From Lama glama (lineage: Eukaryota): a stretch of DNA of 64,000 nucleotides. The translations under genes and the position numbers were made by a program. Each line of letters starts with the position of its first letter. Position 1 is the first letter of the stretch. The stretch is taken from positions 12,340,001-12,404,000 of the forward strand of contig CM052832.1 in NCBI GenBank assembly GCA_028534125.1, given 5' to 3'. This document shows, piece by piece, positions 27,876 through 41,789 of this stretch. The notes beneath the pieces were generated by a model, which did no database searches, was not told where the DNA came from, and saw only the letters and a list, made by a program, of their open reading frames with translations.

Positions 27876-30109
27876 ACCACAAGATGCAGAATGGTAAGCA
27901 CCAAGTGGCCCAAAGAGTAGGCCTCTGTGTCAAAGCCCCCACCCATTTACAGCACCAATAGTGAATGCAGCAGATTTAACCAAAGAATCACTAACCTGCT
28001 GTGCCCATCACTGATCTAAAGCCTCTACTGCTTCTCTGTATTTATTTCTCCTAGCCACTTTCCTATTCTTCAGTGTTTTGACATTTTAAAATGGCTTATT
28101 ATCTCAACGTTATTTGTACAGCACCTTCAGAGAAAAAGGTACTATATATAAGTGGAATAAAAATACTGCAACAGTCATGCTTCTTTTTTTTATATCATGT
28201 CATCTCACTAGCTCTTCTATGTCAATAATCACTGCAATCCTCCTATAACTACCTCTCTACCATTTAATTGGAAATGTTATAAGACCCTAAAAGGACTGAA
28301 ACTGAGTCATCGCTGTCCTATTTAACACATTCCCCAATGCCTAGAGACATTGGTGTCTAACAACAATTACCAGGTCCCACCTAAACAACCTCCAGCCCAT
28401 GCTTGCCATGCTCCTTGATGTTGAGGCACTTTTAAGTTTTCTTTTGTGAACCTGTAGTTGACACAATGTACCTTCTTTTAACCCATCCTCTCACTATGCC
28501 TTTTCTGCACCTCCATAGGGTGATGTAAAAAAATTATCAGGCTAATAGTATTCATTACAAACCAAATGGCCTACAAACAAGAGAACTAGTAGAAACTTTA
28601 CAGTCTCTGCTTCAATTCAGTAAAGAAACCATAAATCACAGAATTTTACAACCAGAATTAACTTTGAAAATCTAGCTCAATCCTCTCATTTTACAGATAC
28701 AGAAAGCAAGAGCCAAGAAAGTTAATGCAACTCCCCAGAAATTCACAATTAATTATAAGAGTTTTCTAAGTCTTAGGCCAAAGTTAACAGCTTGTAAACT
28801 ACAAAGAGCTTTAGAGTTGGACCTGGGTTCAAACTGTGACTTTGCTATTTACTGGACATATGGCTAAAAGTAAATAGTCTAATCTTGTGCAGTCTTGTCT
28901 GGAATTATTTCTACCTCTCGGGATAAAGTGAATCAAGTAAGATAATGACCATAATATATCTGGCACATGGGTACTCTCAACAAATGACAGTCAATAAAAA
29001 TAAAAAGTATTTTCCTAGTTTAAAGAAAGAGCCACTCAGTTAACTATTCCTTTTTGCCCTAATATTTATATCATAGTTCTTACTCTCTTGCTCCTCTCTT
29101 TTAGAATCATTTGACATTAAACTTCTGACTACTGACCCCTCCCCCCCCCCCAAAAAACCCAAAAGTCCCCTCCAAGGACAAAGGGAAGCAGACTCATATC
29201 CCACATAAAAAAGTAAACAACACTCTCGTTCCTCTACTCTGGAAAACAGTGCAGGAAAGGTACAGAAAGAGTCACTTCATTTGATCCAGACACAGAAAAC
29301 ACTTGCTCACTTGTTCTTGTGTAACTGGGAAAACTAGAACTCTCCAAGCTCATCTACCTCTTTGAGAAAAAAAAAAATTATCTATTTTTGTAAATTGGTA
29401 GAGTTCATGGTATATCCAAAGGTGTAAAATTGGTCTTGAATAAAGCTGTGAGTCTAAAAGAGATGGGAAAAAAGCTTTTCCAAACTAAACTGTTATTTGT
29501 AAAAATCTGAGTAAAAACCTTTGAACTTTAATGGGATTGCTGTTGAAAAGTCAACAGAAGCCAAGTTCTTGGTAGCTTACTTTATTATCAACCAAGGGGG
29601 AAAACGATTTCTTGACAAAGATACCTGAGGTATCCAGAAATGAGATGTTTCCAAAAGCTAGGAAAAGTGGCCTCATGATACCAAGCCCAGTCAAAATGGC
29701 CGGTGTGGAAGTCCCTGGGGCTGCCTGCAAACATACGTACCGGACATTTTTTCCTCTGTTGTCTTCCTAATGATTTTTCTCACAGATTAATCTTCTTACT
29801 ACAAAGTGTGCCTCAAAAGACTGAGAGTCCTGAAAACACACGTCGCTGGCACTCCTGATAAGCCCATTCACCTGAGCAGTCCCACTGGGACTATACCTAG
29901 TCATTACTCTAAACTCAGCTTATATATATAAATGTATAATAGTTATCTCTCAGATATACTATATAGATTTGACAAGTTCACTTAAACTCCCACACCACGT
30001 TCAGATTATGACCGTAACTACATCCTTTTAATGATTTATTCAAGGCAGAGAAAACAAAAAAGTGATCTGGAAAGGAATCCACTAAACTTTCTTTCTTTGA
30101 AAATTAACA

Positions 30110-31047
30110 TTTTTAAAAATTGAAGCATAGTTGATTTATAATATTGTGTTAGTTTCAGGTATACAGCAAATAATATGTTTATTCACTTATACACATATAT
30201 TATACATATTTTTTCAAAATATTTTCCATTATAGGTTATTACAAGATACTGAATACAGTTCCCTGCGCTATACAGTAAATCCTTGTTGCTTATCTATCAT
30301 ATGTACAGTAGTTTATATCTGTTAATCCCATACTCCTCTAATTTATCCACCCACCCTTTCCCCTTTGGTAACCAAAATTTTGTTTTCTATGTCTGTGAGT
30401 CTGCTTCTGTTTTGTATATAGGCTCATTTGTATTATTTTCTATATTATACATACAAGTGATAATCATACAATACTGTCTTTGTCTGACTTACTTCATTTA
30501 GTATGACAGTCTCTAGGTCCATCCATATTGTTGCAAATGACAGTATTTCATTCTGCTCATGGCTGAGTAATATTCCATTACACACACACACACACACACA
30601 CCCCCTCTATCTTCTTAACCAATCATCTGTTCATGGGCACTTGGGTTGCTTCCATGTCTTAGCTATTATAAACACTGCTGCTGTGAACATTGGGGTGCAT
30701 ATATCTTTTTGAATTAGAGTTCTCATCTTTTTCAAATACATGCCCAGGATTGGGACTGCTGGATCATATGAACCCTATTTTTAGTTTTTTAAGGAATCTA
30801 CATATTGTTCTCTATAGTGGCTGAACAAATTTACATCCCTACCAACAGTGTAGGAGGGTTCCCTTTTCCCCACACCCTCTCCAGCATTTATTATTTGTAG
30901 ACTTTTAGGCCATGGACATTCTGACCAGTGTAAGGTGATACCTCATTGTGGTTTTGATGTACATTTCTCTAGTAATTAGCAATGTTGAGCATCTTTCCAT
31001 GTGCCTGTTGGCCACCTGGATGTCTCTGGAGAAATGTCTATTTAGAT
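30110..31047 (-). mobile_element. L1 3'UTR and ORF2 end (artiodactyl/camelid-type)
   Basis: ttgaagcatagttgatttataatattgtgttagtttcaggtatacagc...; gatacctcattgtggttttga...; internal (CA)n. Confidence 0.9.
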
Positions 31048-32722
31048 TAAGAATTTTTTTAAAAAACTCTCTTTGGTAACCTACTTTTTGCTCTTAGTAA
31101 TGTATCATGAATTTTTTCTTTGTCATTTGAAGATCTATGTGATCACTGATGGGTAAACAGAACGTCAATTTATAAATGAGAAATTAAACCAATTAACTTT
31201 TGTTATACATTTGCAGTTACCAACTTTTCACTATTATAAGTAAGATTTCATCAAACTTCTTTAGGTTATATTGCTAGAAACAGATCAACTAGGTAACAGA
31301 GGAAGCACATTTTTAAGGCATTTGGCATATATCGTCAAATTCTCTTGGCACAACACCGTGTGGTTTCCCATAGCACAAGACTTACTATGGTGTGTAAGAA
31401 TCATCTGTTCACTTGTCAGTCTCTCACATTATACAGGCCCGGGACAAAAACAATACTCCACAAATGTTACCTGAATGAGTAAGTAGCCAAAAGCTTCTCT
31501 GTAGAAAGCCCACCACTGAATTACATTTAAAATTATTTTATCAATTGTATCAATTGTTCTTTTAAGCCTTTCACAAATTATTTTGTGTGCTTTTAAGGAC
31601 ACTCCCAGCATCATCTGGTTTAGCATTTCTGAAAGACAAAATGCTCAATACCCGTCAATCTCTATTTTCATAATCAATAAGGCGAGATGAGAAATTCAAC
31701 TGCATTTTGTTCTATCTCACTCATTAAATCTATTTGGCCACTAATAAGGATTCTATATATTATTACAGACACTAAAGCTAGATATAAAGAAAATTAAACT
31801 GGAGGTGAAAGAGGAACTAAGAATTAAGTGCCTGATATGAGTAAGGCCAGAGGACTTACATTCATTTTCTCATTTAATCCTCAAAATAACTAGGTAGTAG
31901 ATGTCATCCTCGTATTTCAGCAAAGGACAGTGCCCCTGCAAGTTTTGGCAACCTGCCCCCTCCTAACAAGTGCTGGTTGAGACCCAAGTTTGTGGGATTC
32001 TAGTACCCTACACTTCCCACTACAGCACCCATCACTGGAGCAACCTCTATCCAGCTTACAGGGGTGACTTCTCCAGTTTCCACATTTCCATTCCCAGGCT
32101 CCAAACCCCAACTGATTATTATCACAGATTACAACTCCATGTTTCCACTGGAAGCTTTAATTTGGTATTCCACACCATAAAATGCTTCAAGTTTCAAGTA
32201 GCCAATTAAAGTAAGATGGAAATGTTGAAGATAAAAATTCAATTCTGACATCTTGAAAGTTTGGTTCATGCAAGGCACTGTAAAAAGGCCTCTTTTAATA
32301 GAAAGGGGTCCTTTCTCCTCTTTTCTTCATCCCTTCTCTCAATTTATCTCCATGATAAACTACCATTTATAAGCATGTTTCTAGGTTTTTAAAGAGGCTC
32401 ATTCCCACCTCAACCACAAACCTTAGATATTTTATTTTTAAAAGCTACAAAGCCATTACCAGTAACCAACCAATTCATAAGCCAAAGTTTTAGCCTTCTG
32501 ATTAAAATGTAATAAAATTCTAGTAGCTGAATGTTAACCTGGGTTAACAGCCTCAGCAAAAACAAACTGGTTCAATCAAGAATTAGCAAGAAACAAATGA
32601 CAGGACTGGTTGCTATTAAAATGTTAAAATGCACTCACCTTGGATCCTAGCTTATGGGGAAAACTCAGTGTGGCTGAGTTCATTTAAACTTTCTTTCATG
32701 AATAATCTCGTCTATCTTCTTT

Positions 32723-32845
32723 TTTTGTTTGTTTTGGGGGGAAGGAATTAGGTTTATTTAATTTTTTTAACAGAGGTACTAGGGATTGAACCCAGGATCC
32801 CATGTATGCTAAGCAAGTGCTCTACCTTTGAGCTATACCCACCCA
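32723..32845 (-). mobile_element. Camelid tRNA-derived SINE (Vic-1-like)
   Basis: gaggtactagggattgaacccaggatcc...tgagctataccc. Imperfect TSD tcta(t/c)cttcttt at 32711-32722 and 32851-32862. Confidence 0.88.
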
Positions 32846-33021
32846 TTTCTTCTACCTTCTTTAAAACACAAGTACAAAAACCTTTACCCTACCAGATTAT
32901 CTCTCATGATGATTCCTTCTCTCTGAAATTCAGATTGTCTTCACTGATCTCAGAATAGAGAGACTGACACTGTTTTGATACTGATTGATACTTTCAGGTA
33001 AGTTTAAAACACATACATAAT

Positions 33022-33034
33022 TATATATACATAA

Positions 33035-33074
<40 letters not shown>

Positions 33075-33081
33075 GCACACA
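33022..33081. repeat. Compound (TA)n(CA)n microsatellite
   Basis: Seen directly. Confidence 0.9.
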
Positions 33082-33149
33082 CCCCGTATATATCTCCTGT
33101 TGATAACTGTTTCCTATTTATACCCATAAATCTGCCCACTTTGAGGCGT

Positions 33150-33960
33150 TACCTCAGAAATAAAATAGATCTTGTGTCTGTCCTTCTCCGCATATCTCAG
33201 GGTATGGCACCAACATTCTCCTAAGCTGAAGTCAGAAGCCTGGGAATCACCTCAAACTCCACATTCTCCCTCTTAATTCTACATATCAAAAATCACTAAG
33301 TCTAGTCATTTACCACTCCTAAATCTTTTGAATCCATCCACATCTCCATTACTACTCTGGTCTAAGTTGTCATCATCTGTCACATACCTTCAATAGCATA
33401 TTCCCTAATTTTTCTGCATTCTATCCTCTCTCGACCTCTAATCCATTCTCTACAAAGCAATAAGAGCAATGTTGTAAAAAAAAACAAATTCTGACAAAGT
33501 CATTTTCCTCCCTAGATCCTTGAATAGCTTTCCATTGCCTTAATAATTAGATTCAAAATCTTAAATATGGCTGAGAAGTTAGAAGTCTCTCCAAGAAGAG
33601 GCTTCTGGTTCTCTCTTCAGTCTCATCTTAAGCCACTGCTCCTCCTCTCCCTCACTCTGCTTCAGCCAATCTGGGTTGCTTTTGGCTTTTTCAAACACTC
33701 CCTTCTCTCTCTCAACCTGGAGTACTTTGACCATGGCATGTGGGAGACTCTTTCTCTTTATCCTGCTATTCACCTTGGTAACTCCAACTCATTTTGAACC
33801 ATAACATAAACACTATCCTCTCAGGGAGGCCCTTAAGATTATCTAGAGAAGGCACTTAATAAATACTCGTTGGATGAATGAATTAATGTCTTATTCACTG
33901 AACACTCTAGCCCCTAGCAAAATGCCTGCCACATAATACACAATACAGAGTTGTTGAATT
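33150..33960 (+). mobile_element. L2 LINE fragment
   Basis: cctgggaatcacctcaaactcc...aatccattctctacaaagcaataagagc...cacttaataaatactcgttggatgaatgaat. Confidence 0.65.
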
Positions 33961-36054
33961 TAACTTATTTGATATTGATGAACACACTAAGTTGAAAAAT
34001 ATTTGTTCTCTTAGACATTAATGGATTTCGAATTGGTATAAAATTTATTTATGGGAAATAAAAACGCTTCTGTGTACAGTAGAAATATTAAGCACCCCTG
34101 TCAATAAGCAAATGTTTGAATTTTACAAATGATCCCTCCACATATAGAAATATTCTTCCTTACTACCCACCAGAGGTAACTGGCTCTGACCAAACTCAAA
34201 GTCTCTCAAGTCCTGTTGGTTTAGATTCAGACCACAAAGCTGCAAGCTTTCATTTCAGAATACTAGAAATAACACTAGAATGGCTCCTAAAAGCATGTCT
34301 TCAAATGCTTCTTTCAAAAGTAGTCAACAGAGAATATATGAAGCTGACAAAAGGCTCACAAGCAAAACTCTTATCAGTAATTAAACTTATTTTATAATCT
34401 GGTTTATCACTGAAATTACAGTCCCTAGATTCTTCACACCTATAGAGCCTACTTCTCAGAAGTGTGAACTAGCAAAAAAAAGTTATTTGGAAGGTTTGTT
34501 TCTTATACAGCATTTATTGTGCAGATTATACAGTCTTCCCAGCAATAGTGTCTCATATTCATTTACACAGCATAAATTTACATGTTGATGTAACAGCAAC
34601 TATCTAACAATCCATTAGTACTATAATAACACAGTATACAAGAGACCCATTTACCTCATTTTGGTCTAACCACAAAATATGTCAATTTTTTAAAAAAAAC
34701 TGAAAACACACAGAGACGTTTTCTGATTATTGTGACCTTAATTTAGTTTCAACAAAATAAGCATCTGATGATGTGTGTGCATATACATACATTCTACACA
34801 TATAGCTCAATCATCAAAATAAACAAGAGTCAGGCATACTGTGGAAATATTAGCCAAAGCTGACAAAACAAAATAGCCAAAGTAGAATCAAAAGACAAAA
34901 CGAAAACCTCTGACCCATCTGTTGACTGCTAATCCTTGGCACCATTTGAGGACCTCTCCTCAAACCTTTAGTCCTTACTGTCATTCATGAATCACTCCAA
35001 TGGCACGAGTGTGGCATGAATATAACCCCTGGAGAGTCTGGAGCCTGGAAGATTTTTTTCAGTTCAGATCTAAGGTTTCAAACGTCCCATAAAGACCTCA
35101 ATGACAACAGGTCGGAGAATTATAAGAGCTTTGGAAATATGTTAGAAAAAAATCACGTTATCCCTTTTTTATAGATCCCTGATTGTTTTTACAATTGTAT
35201 TCATATGTCTTCATGCTACCAGCCCTTCACTTTACCATGTAGAAGTGACAGGAGAAAAGACAAAGCAAAAACAAAGCTCCTCCCACTGGCCCTCCCTTTT
35301 CAGGAAGTGGAAGGGGAATATTTTGCTCCTGCCCTCCAGTGCCCCCCAAGGGAGCTTGGCTCCTTCTGTCTTTGCTTCCATCTACGAGGGCAGCTCTTGC
35401 CTTTAATGAGCTATTCCACCCCTAGTTATTTCATTTCCACTCAGTCCTCAGTCTCACCATCTCACATCAGGGTCACATTTACCACCAATCTTCAGTCCTC
35501 CTACAGTCAAGCCCTACTGCCAAGCTGAGCATTTCACATAGCTCAGGAAATTAAAATCAGGGTGGCAGTGTTGAGACACACTTTCCCTTAAGATACAACT
35601 TACACGATGTTTACATATTTTTCAAATTATTTTTCAAACAATGCAAAAAGGTATTATTTTAAGAATGACAATCTCTTTCCCAAAGAGTAACATATCATAC
35701 ATCTGTTTAAACTGTTAAGAGAAATTTTTTTTAAGGATGAAGTGATGGGTTTACTAACATTTTTTACTATTAGAAGATATCAGGGTATCTCAATGAAGAC
35801 CATGACTTTCACAAGACCCAAAGATCAGGGTTAACTGACTAATTTTTATCCAATGAGCCCAAGGTAGCAAAAGAATATATGATGCTTGTATGACTCACAA
35901 TCCCCAAAAGGCAATTACTATGGATATTTATGAAAATGTTATAGCATAAAATAAGGGAAAACTTATCCTTTATATAATGACTGCCAAGTAAAGACCTAAG
36001 AGGTTTTTCCACTCATGAGAAAAGCTCATGCAGTTACCTACAGACTCTCTGTCA

Positions 36055-36290
36055 TAGGGTGGTGTTTAGGAATGAGGAATCCGACTGAGTTCACATCCTG
36101 GTTCAATCTCTTAACTGCTGTGTGACCTTGGGCAAGTCACTCAACTTCCCTTACTTCAGTTTTCTCCTTCTCTAAAATGGGAATAATAATCGTATCTACT
36201 TCATAGGGTTATTATGTAGATTATGTTAATTACATGTTAAAAGTTTCAGAACAATGCCTGGGTGGGTAGTAAGTCTCAAAGTAACTATGA
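36055..36290 (+). mobile_element. MIR SINE
   Basis: gctgtgtgaccttgggcaagtcactcaacttcccttacttcagttttctccttctctaaaatgggaataataatcgtatctacttcataggg. Confidence 0.85.
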
Positions 36291-37004
36291 TCTTTTTATT
36301 ACCCTTCTGCTTCCTTGAATACAATTTAAAAATCTGCTAGTCTGAGACTGTGACAATGAAAAATAATCTCTCTGGAGTCAACAAATGAATGACCAGGTGG
36401 GAATTACATCTAACCCACCTTCATTAGCAATGCATTCTAGATAAGCCAATCTGTGGTTATAAACTCAAAAGTTTTCAGTGACCAGGTAGATACTATAAAT
36501 GTACAAAGTCAGCCAGCTTAAACTAGTATGTGTGATTCCAAACTTAAAAAAAAAATAAAAACCTCCAAATACAACATATCTGTGCCCTGCAAGCCAACAG
36601 TCTGACTCCTGATTAAATAGGGACAAAGCATTTATTATATAAAAGTTCTTGTGCTCTGTATTATTAATTTCATATATTGGTAAAGAAAAGATTCAACAGA
36701 TATAATAATTACATATAAAAAGCAAATAAGAAAGTGTAAAGATACAATACAAAGAATCTGTCTGATTCTCTCTGAATACTAGCTAAGCTGGTCAGAAGCT
36801 GTATGACCTCAAGAGAGTTACTTCCCCTATTTATGTTTGTTTCCTCACGTGCAAAAATGTTAAAGCTCCAACCTCGAGGATTGTTGTGAGGATGGGAGAT
36901 AATGTGAGTGTCCCACATGAAAGAGGTACTGAATAAATTTTTGATGAATAACAAATGAATGTCAAAAAACTCATGTAGGTCTGGAAAAGATTCTTAACCT
37001 AGGG

Positions 37005-37340
37005 TTCTATTAGCTTAGGCTAATGTAATTGTAAGTGACCCCAAAACTTACAGGCTTTACAACAACAGTTTGTTTTCCATGCTTGTATGTGTCTTCATTC
37101 CAGAAATCCAGAATGAAAGAGTGGCCCTAAGTTGAATACTACTGGTCTTGTGGCAGAGAGAACAGAGATGTTAAAACTATACCATGGCTGCTAAAGTTTC
37201 TGCTCATTAGTGGCATATGAACTTTTTTGTTCACATTTTATTTGTTAAAAGATATCTCACGGCCAAGTCTGATGAGGAAGACAGGGAAGTATAACCCTCC
37301 CACTGGAAGGGGCAGCAAATACCTGGGGACAATAATAACC
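37005..37340. mobile_element. MaLR (MLT1-like) LTR relic
   Basis: ttagcttaggctaatg...gtaagtgaccccaaaacttacaggctttacaacaac...tctcacggccaagtctgatg...gggaagtataaccctccc. Confidence 0.55.
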
Positions 37341-37864
37341 TAGTGTTTACACATGTGTACATAAAATTTTGCATATAATTCTGGGTTAACCTTATGAAAT
37401 TAAATGCAATATTGTGTATACATATAGGCCCATTTCCCCTCTCAAAAATGGAACATAAATATTTTATTTTGAAATGTATCACAGACTAAAAAGGCCTAAA
37501 AGAAATGAGACTGGGTTTGAAAGTCAAGTCTCAAACAGATGGCCATTACTGGTGATTTTATAATACTAGATCAATACAATTGACCTAACTCTGCTCTTCC
37601 TAGTTGCTAATTACAGGACAGTGTGAGCTGGGGAAATAATCTCAATTTTCTATCAGGCTCCATTAAATTCTATTATTGCCTTATGAAAATCTGAGCATAT
37701 GAATCGCAACAGAACTATACTAGGCTGACACTGGTTTATTGAAAATAAAGTCTCATCTGAAAAAAAAACTGTGATTTCCAGGCAACTTAAAACCCAGTTC
37801 TTCAAAAAATACAAGACGGTCTGACCCTAATTCAAAATTCTGAAGGACAGCACGAATTCTGTTT

Positions 37865-38273
37865 GGAGGCATCTTTGAGCTCACTGAGTGAACAGTATGA
37901 GCAAAGCTCACCCTCCTGAGTTAAAGAAATTTATGGACAAGAAATTATCACTGAAATTAAATGGAGGCAGACATGTCCAAGGAATACTGCAGGGGTCTGA
38001 TCCCCCCATGAATCTTGTGATAGATGAATGTGTGGAGATGGCCACTCGTGGACAACAGAACAACACTGGAATGGCGGTAATACGAGGAAGTAGTATCATC
38101 ATTAGAAGACCTGGAACAAGTATGAATAATAGCTGTGTCCACCAGAGAAATCAACTGCTTCCATATGTCCCCTCTCCACATTTTACAACGATAAAAACTG
38201 GGTCGAGTAAATTTTCTTACTGAAATTTTTTTGTTAAATACACTTTTGTAATAATGAAACAAACAAACAAAAA
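37865..38273 (+). pseudogene. SNRPG: Processed pseudogene of SNRPG (Sm protein G) with 5'UTR remnant, CDS, 3'UTR and decayed poly(A)
   Basis: ATG at 37897 gives [68 protein letters not shown] with no introns. A 2-nt deletion near 38101 shifts the frame; the native C-terminus LE(D)LE(Q)V* survives in another frame with TGA at 38123-38125. A-rich tail (aaacaaacaaacaaaaa) at ~38257-38273. The 5' boundary is approximate. Confidence 0.95.
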
Positions 38274-39018
38274 CCATGTGTTTTAAATTCACGCCATGCT
38301 ATGTTTATTGTACTTTATATTTCTCTTTTAATGACTGCAACCTAGGCTTGTTCCTGGTTCTCAAATGGACGAAGGTTATTAAGTCAAGGTACTGAAATAT
38401 TTATAGCTCTCTATCAAATAGAAAAAACAAATTATTAGAAAATTCTTCTTAGAAACCAACTGCCTTATACTAACTAAATAGTACAATCGGATTTTGTCTA
38501 AATTTAAGACAGGTGAAATTTGATGTAACTAACTCATTTTTAAAATATTTTTTTCATTTGGGAATATGCTTTTCATTTCACTTGCAAGTATGGGTAAATG
38601 TGTTTTGAATGGGATGAGGAAGAGGAAGTCATCAATTTAAAATTATCTTTCAAATATTTAACGGCATGTGACATAGGCAAATTCCTCCTTTAAAGGTCAA
38701 ATTGGTACTAAACAAGTTAAATAATAATGCTCTATGCAGATATAACTCTAATTGTCCCTACTCTTATTCCAGGTAGCCCAACAAGAAGTCTTAAAATTCA
38801 AACCTGTGTAACTTCTAATTCAGGCAATTAAATTAAATTTGGGCTTAGATCTTACATTAGGTTGAGAGAATCTGTTTACTATTAATTCTGACCAGCAAGA
38901 AAAAATAAGAAAATGAGATATATTTCAGTTGTCACCGTTGGTACTCACCTTGATACTAGATAATGCCCTTGGCTTCTAATAGGAATACCGCAAGAAAGAG
39001 CCACAAGAAACACACAAC

Positions 39019-39265
39019 TTTTTTTTGAATTGAAGTATAGCTGATTTATAATATTCTGTTATTTTTAGGTGTACAGCACAGAGATTCAGTATTTTTGCTG
39101 ATTATATTCCATTATAGGTTATTATAAGATAATGGGTATAATTCCCTGAACTATACAGTATATCCTTGTTGCTTATCTATTTTATATATTGTAGTTGGTA
39201 TCTGTTAATCCCATACCCCTAATTTACCCTCCCCCCCCGGTAACCACAAGCTTGTTTTCTGTGAG
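39019..39265 (-). mobile_element. 5'-truncated L1 3' end
   Basis: ttgaagtatagctgatttataatattctgttatttttaggtgtacagc..., the same 3' motif as the 30110 copy. Confidence 0.85.
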
Positions 39266-40754
39266 TTCAAAACACTATTTTTTGAAGGGCTGTTATTGAG
39301 AACATGGTTCATTACTCTTCTCACTATCTACTTTAGGGCTCACAGGATTCTGACCCTTTGAACTGTTTGCATTTCCATTTTTTGCTTTGACTCCTAGGTA
39401 GCTCAGATCTCAATCTACACTCTGTCTTGAATGGTCATACAGATGTTTGTGGCACAAATTTCTGTGTTTAAATTCCTCACCTTCATCTTACTAATCTATG
39501 TGAAATTTCCCTTTGTCCTGATTTCTTCTTCCTTTTTTTTTTTTAAAAAAAAAAAAGCTTACTATACTCTGTATGTTACTTTTTACTCACCTATCATTTT
39601 TTGGGAAGTAGTAATAATTAAATAAAAATAAATACCACAACCTCATTTTTATGAGGAATTTATAAAGATAAATATTTGTAAATAATACATATTTATACCT
39701 GTAGCTATACTGAAGTGAAGGCTACTAATAAAACCAAGAGGGAGGAAAATTATTAGAAAACATAAGAGTATATCAAATTAGGAATAAAATTCTACACAAA
39801 CTGCATCAGAATTTCTGTATGAGAACATATTTACAGATTTTTAAATTTTATCTCCCAGGGCAAAGAATACACACAGAAGAAATATGAATTAAATAGAATT
39901 GAACAGGTTTTAAGGCAAGACATGCCAAGTCGAAGTAACAGACCTAAAGACGTGAGGAGCTGAAGAGTAATGGACAAACAGAAATGAACAGAGGATGCTT
40001 AGGTGGCTAGGTCTAACTCTGCCAAAGCAGTACAACAATTTCCCTTGCAGTTTATACTTCAATTGTCTCAGCACAAATCATACAACCCTAAAAAAGATCT
40101 GCTCTGAAAAGAACAAGTAATTACTTTTGCATTTTCTCATGTATTTTATCAAGAGCAAAAACATCTCCCCAACACAACCAGCCCCAAAGCTCCCATTTCA
40201 TGAAAGTGATTTACCATTTCACTTAGCTCTATGTGCGAGTAACACTGTAGTGCAAACTCAAGGGAAAAGGCCAGCATGTCAAAAAGGCTGCAGCACATTC
40301 CCAATTTCTCTTTTAATATTGTGTTTATCAATCTGATCGATGTTAAATTCCATTCATTTTTTTTCCTAAAAACTAAAACTGAGAGTGACAAGGAAAATTA
40401 CATTCTCTTCAGCCAAGTTCTTGCTGAGGCATTACAGATGCTGGCATGCCAGTCAAGAGTAAACCATGGCTGAAACAAGCAGGAGCTCAAATTCTTCTGC
40501 AAGATGGCTAAAAGATGAGCTTCTGTTTCAGTTTTATTCATTTCAAATAGGGAAAAGATTACAGTTACAACCTTATTTGCATAGATAACAATGTTTTCCC
40601 ACAAATCTTTTAAAAAGTAAGAACAGTGTCTAGGCTTACTTTAACCAAATTAAAATCCAGCAATACTTTTTTAAAAAAAATCAACCTTTCCATTAACTAT
40701 TTAGTAATGGCCAGAAATAAATGCACCACAGGTAGTAATTAGTTTACTGCTATA

Positions 40755-40783
40755 GATGGATGGATGGATGGATGGATGGATGG
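40755..40783. repeat. (GGAT)n microsatellite
   Basis: gatggatggatggatggatggatggatgg. Confidence 0.9.
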
Positions 40784-41789
40784 GAAGGAGGTGGGAAAAA
40801 ATGGTGCAGAGGGTTTAAGGGGGAAAAATAGCAAAAATGACTTATACAAGCATTGATTCTAAATGGAGGGACAGAGTAAAGATTTTGGACTAGACTTTTA
40901 TGGGACAGGTTTTTGTTGAATTGGCTACAGGAATCTATATAAGAGAAGCAGTTCTTTGTGACTATTCTAGTGACAGACCTTGTCACAAAAGCTGTATTTT
41001 TCACCTTGTCATTTTAAAATAATTTCAAATATACTCATGTAATTTTGGAGCTGAAAAGCTTTTTAGAAATAATCTACTGCAAGGTTTTTGATCTAAAAAC
41101 AATTTCAAAGTTACCACCCTACCAGCTTTTTAAAGAAACAGAAAATACCAGAATCATTGCAGATAATATGGTTAAATTCAGTTTTATAAAACTTTTGACT
41201 TGGTTATGCATGTATATTAAGCATGTATATGTGTATACTGATTCACAATGTAAAATGTATTTCTTATCATAGGCTATAGGAAAAAAAAAAGTTACAAGAC
41301 CAATGATCTAATACATCTTCATTCTACATATGAGGAAACTGAGGCACAGAGAAGGAAAGAAATCAACTTGTTCTGGGCATCTTAATCACTGATGTAGGAG
41401 CTCAGATTAGAAACACAAAAATGTCTGATTCTAGAAGGTAAATGCACCCCACTATGGATGCTAACTCCAAATAGTTTTTGTTACTTAATATAAATTATAC
41501 ACTGTTAATCACCTATTCTTTAAAATACCCATTAAAACTCTGGTAGTCATTCAGACAGCTGTGAACTCTTAGTCCTACATAGCACAGTGAAAGAAAGATA
41601 AACTCTTACTGATCTTTGTCTACCTTTCTTGCAAATGTGTTTTTGGTAGCTGAAAGCCAGTAATGTCAAAAATATCCTTATACTTCTTAAAAAAAGCAGC
41701 TCAAGAAATATATATCAAAAGTTTAAATGAGCATACTTTTCCCCCTTCTAAGTGGCCACAGAGGTGATTTAGTTCACACATTTGAAATG

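Noticed and set aside
32633..32675. Consensus minus-strand donor AAG|GTGAGT as a cryptic exon
   Set aside because: No convincing polypyrimidine tract or acceptor at a suitable distance.
37888..38223. Functional SNRPG gene
   Set aside because: Intronless, with a decayed poly(A) tail, a frameshift and substitutions in both Sm motifs.
37780..38290. Target-site duplication for the SNRPG retrocopy
   Set aside because: Only weak partial matches (aaaacccagttctt versus aaaaccatgtgttt), not enough to claim.
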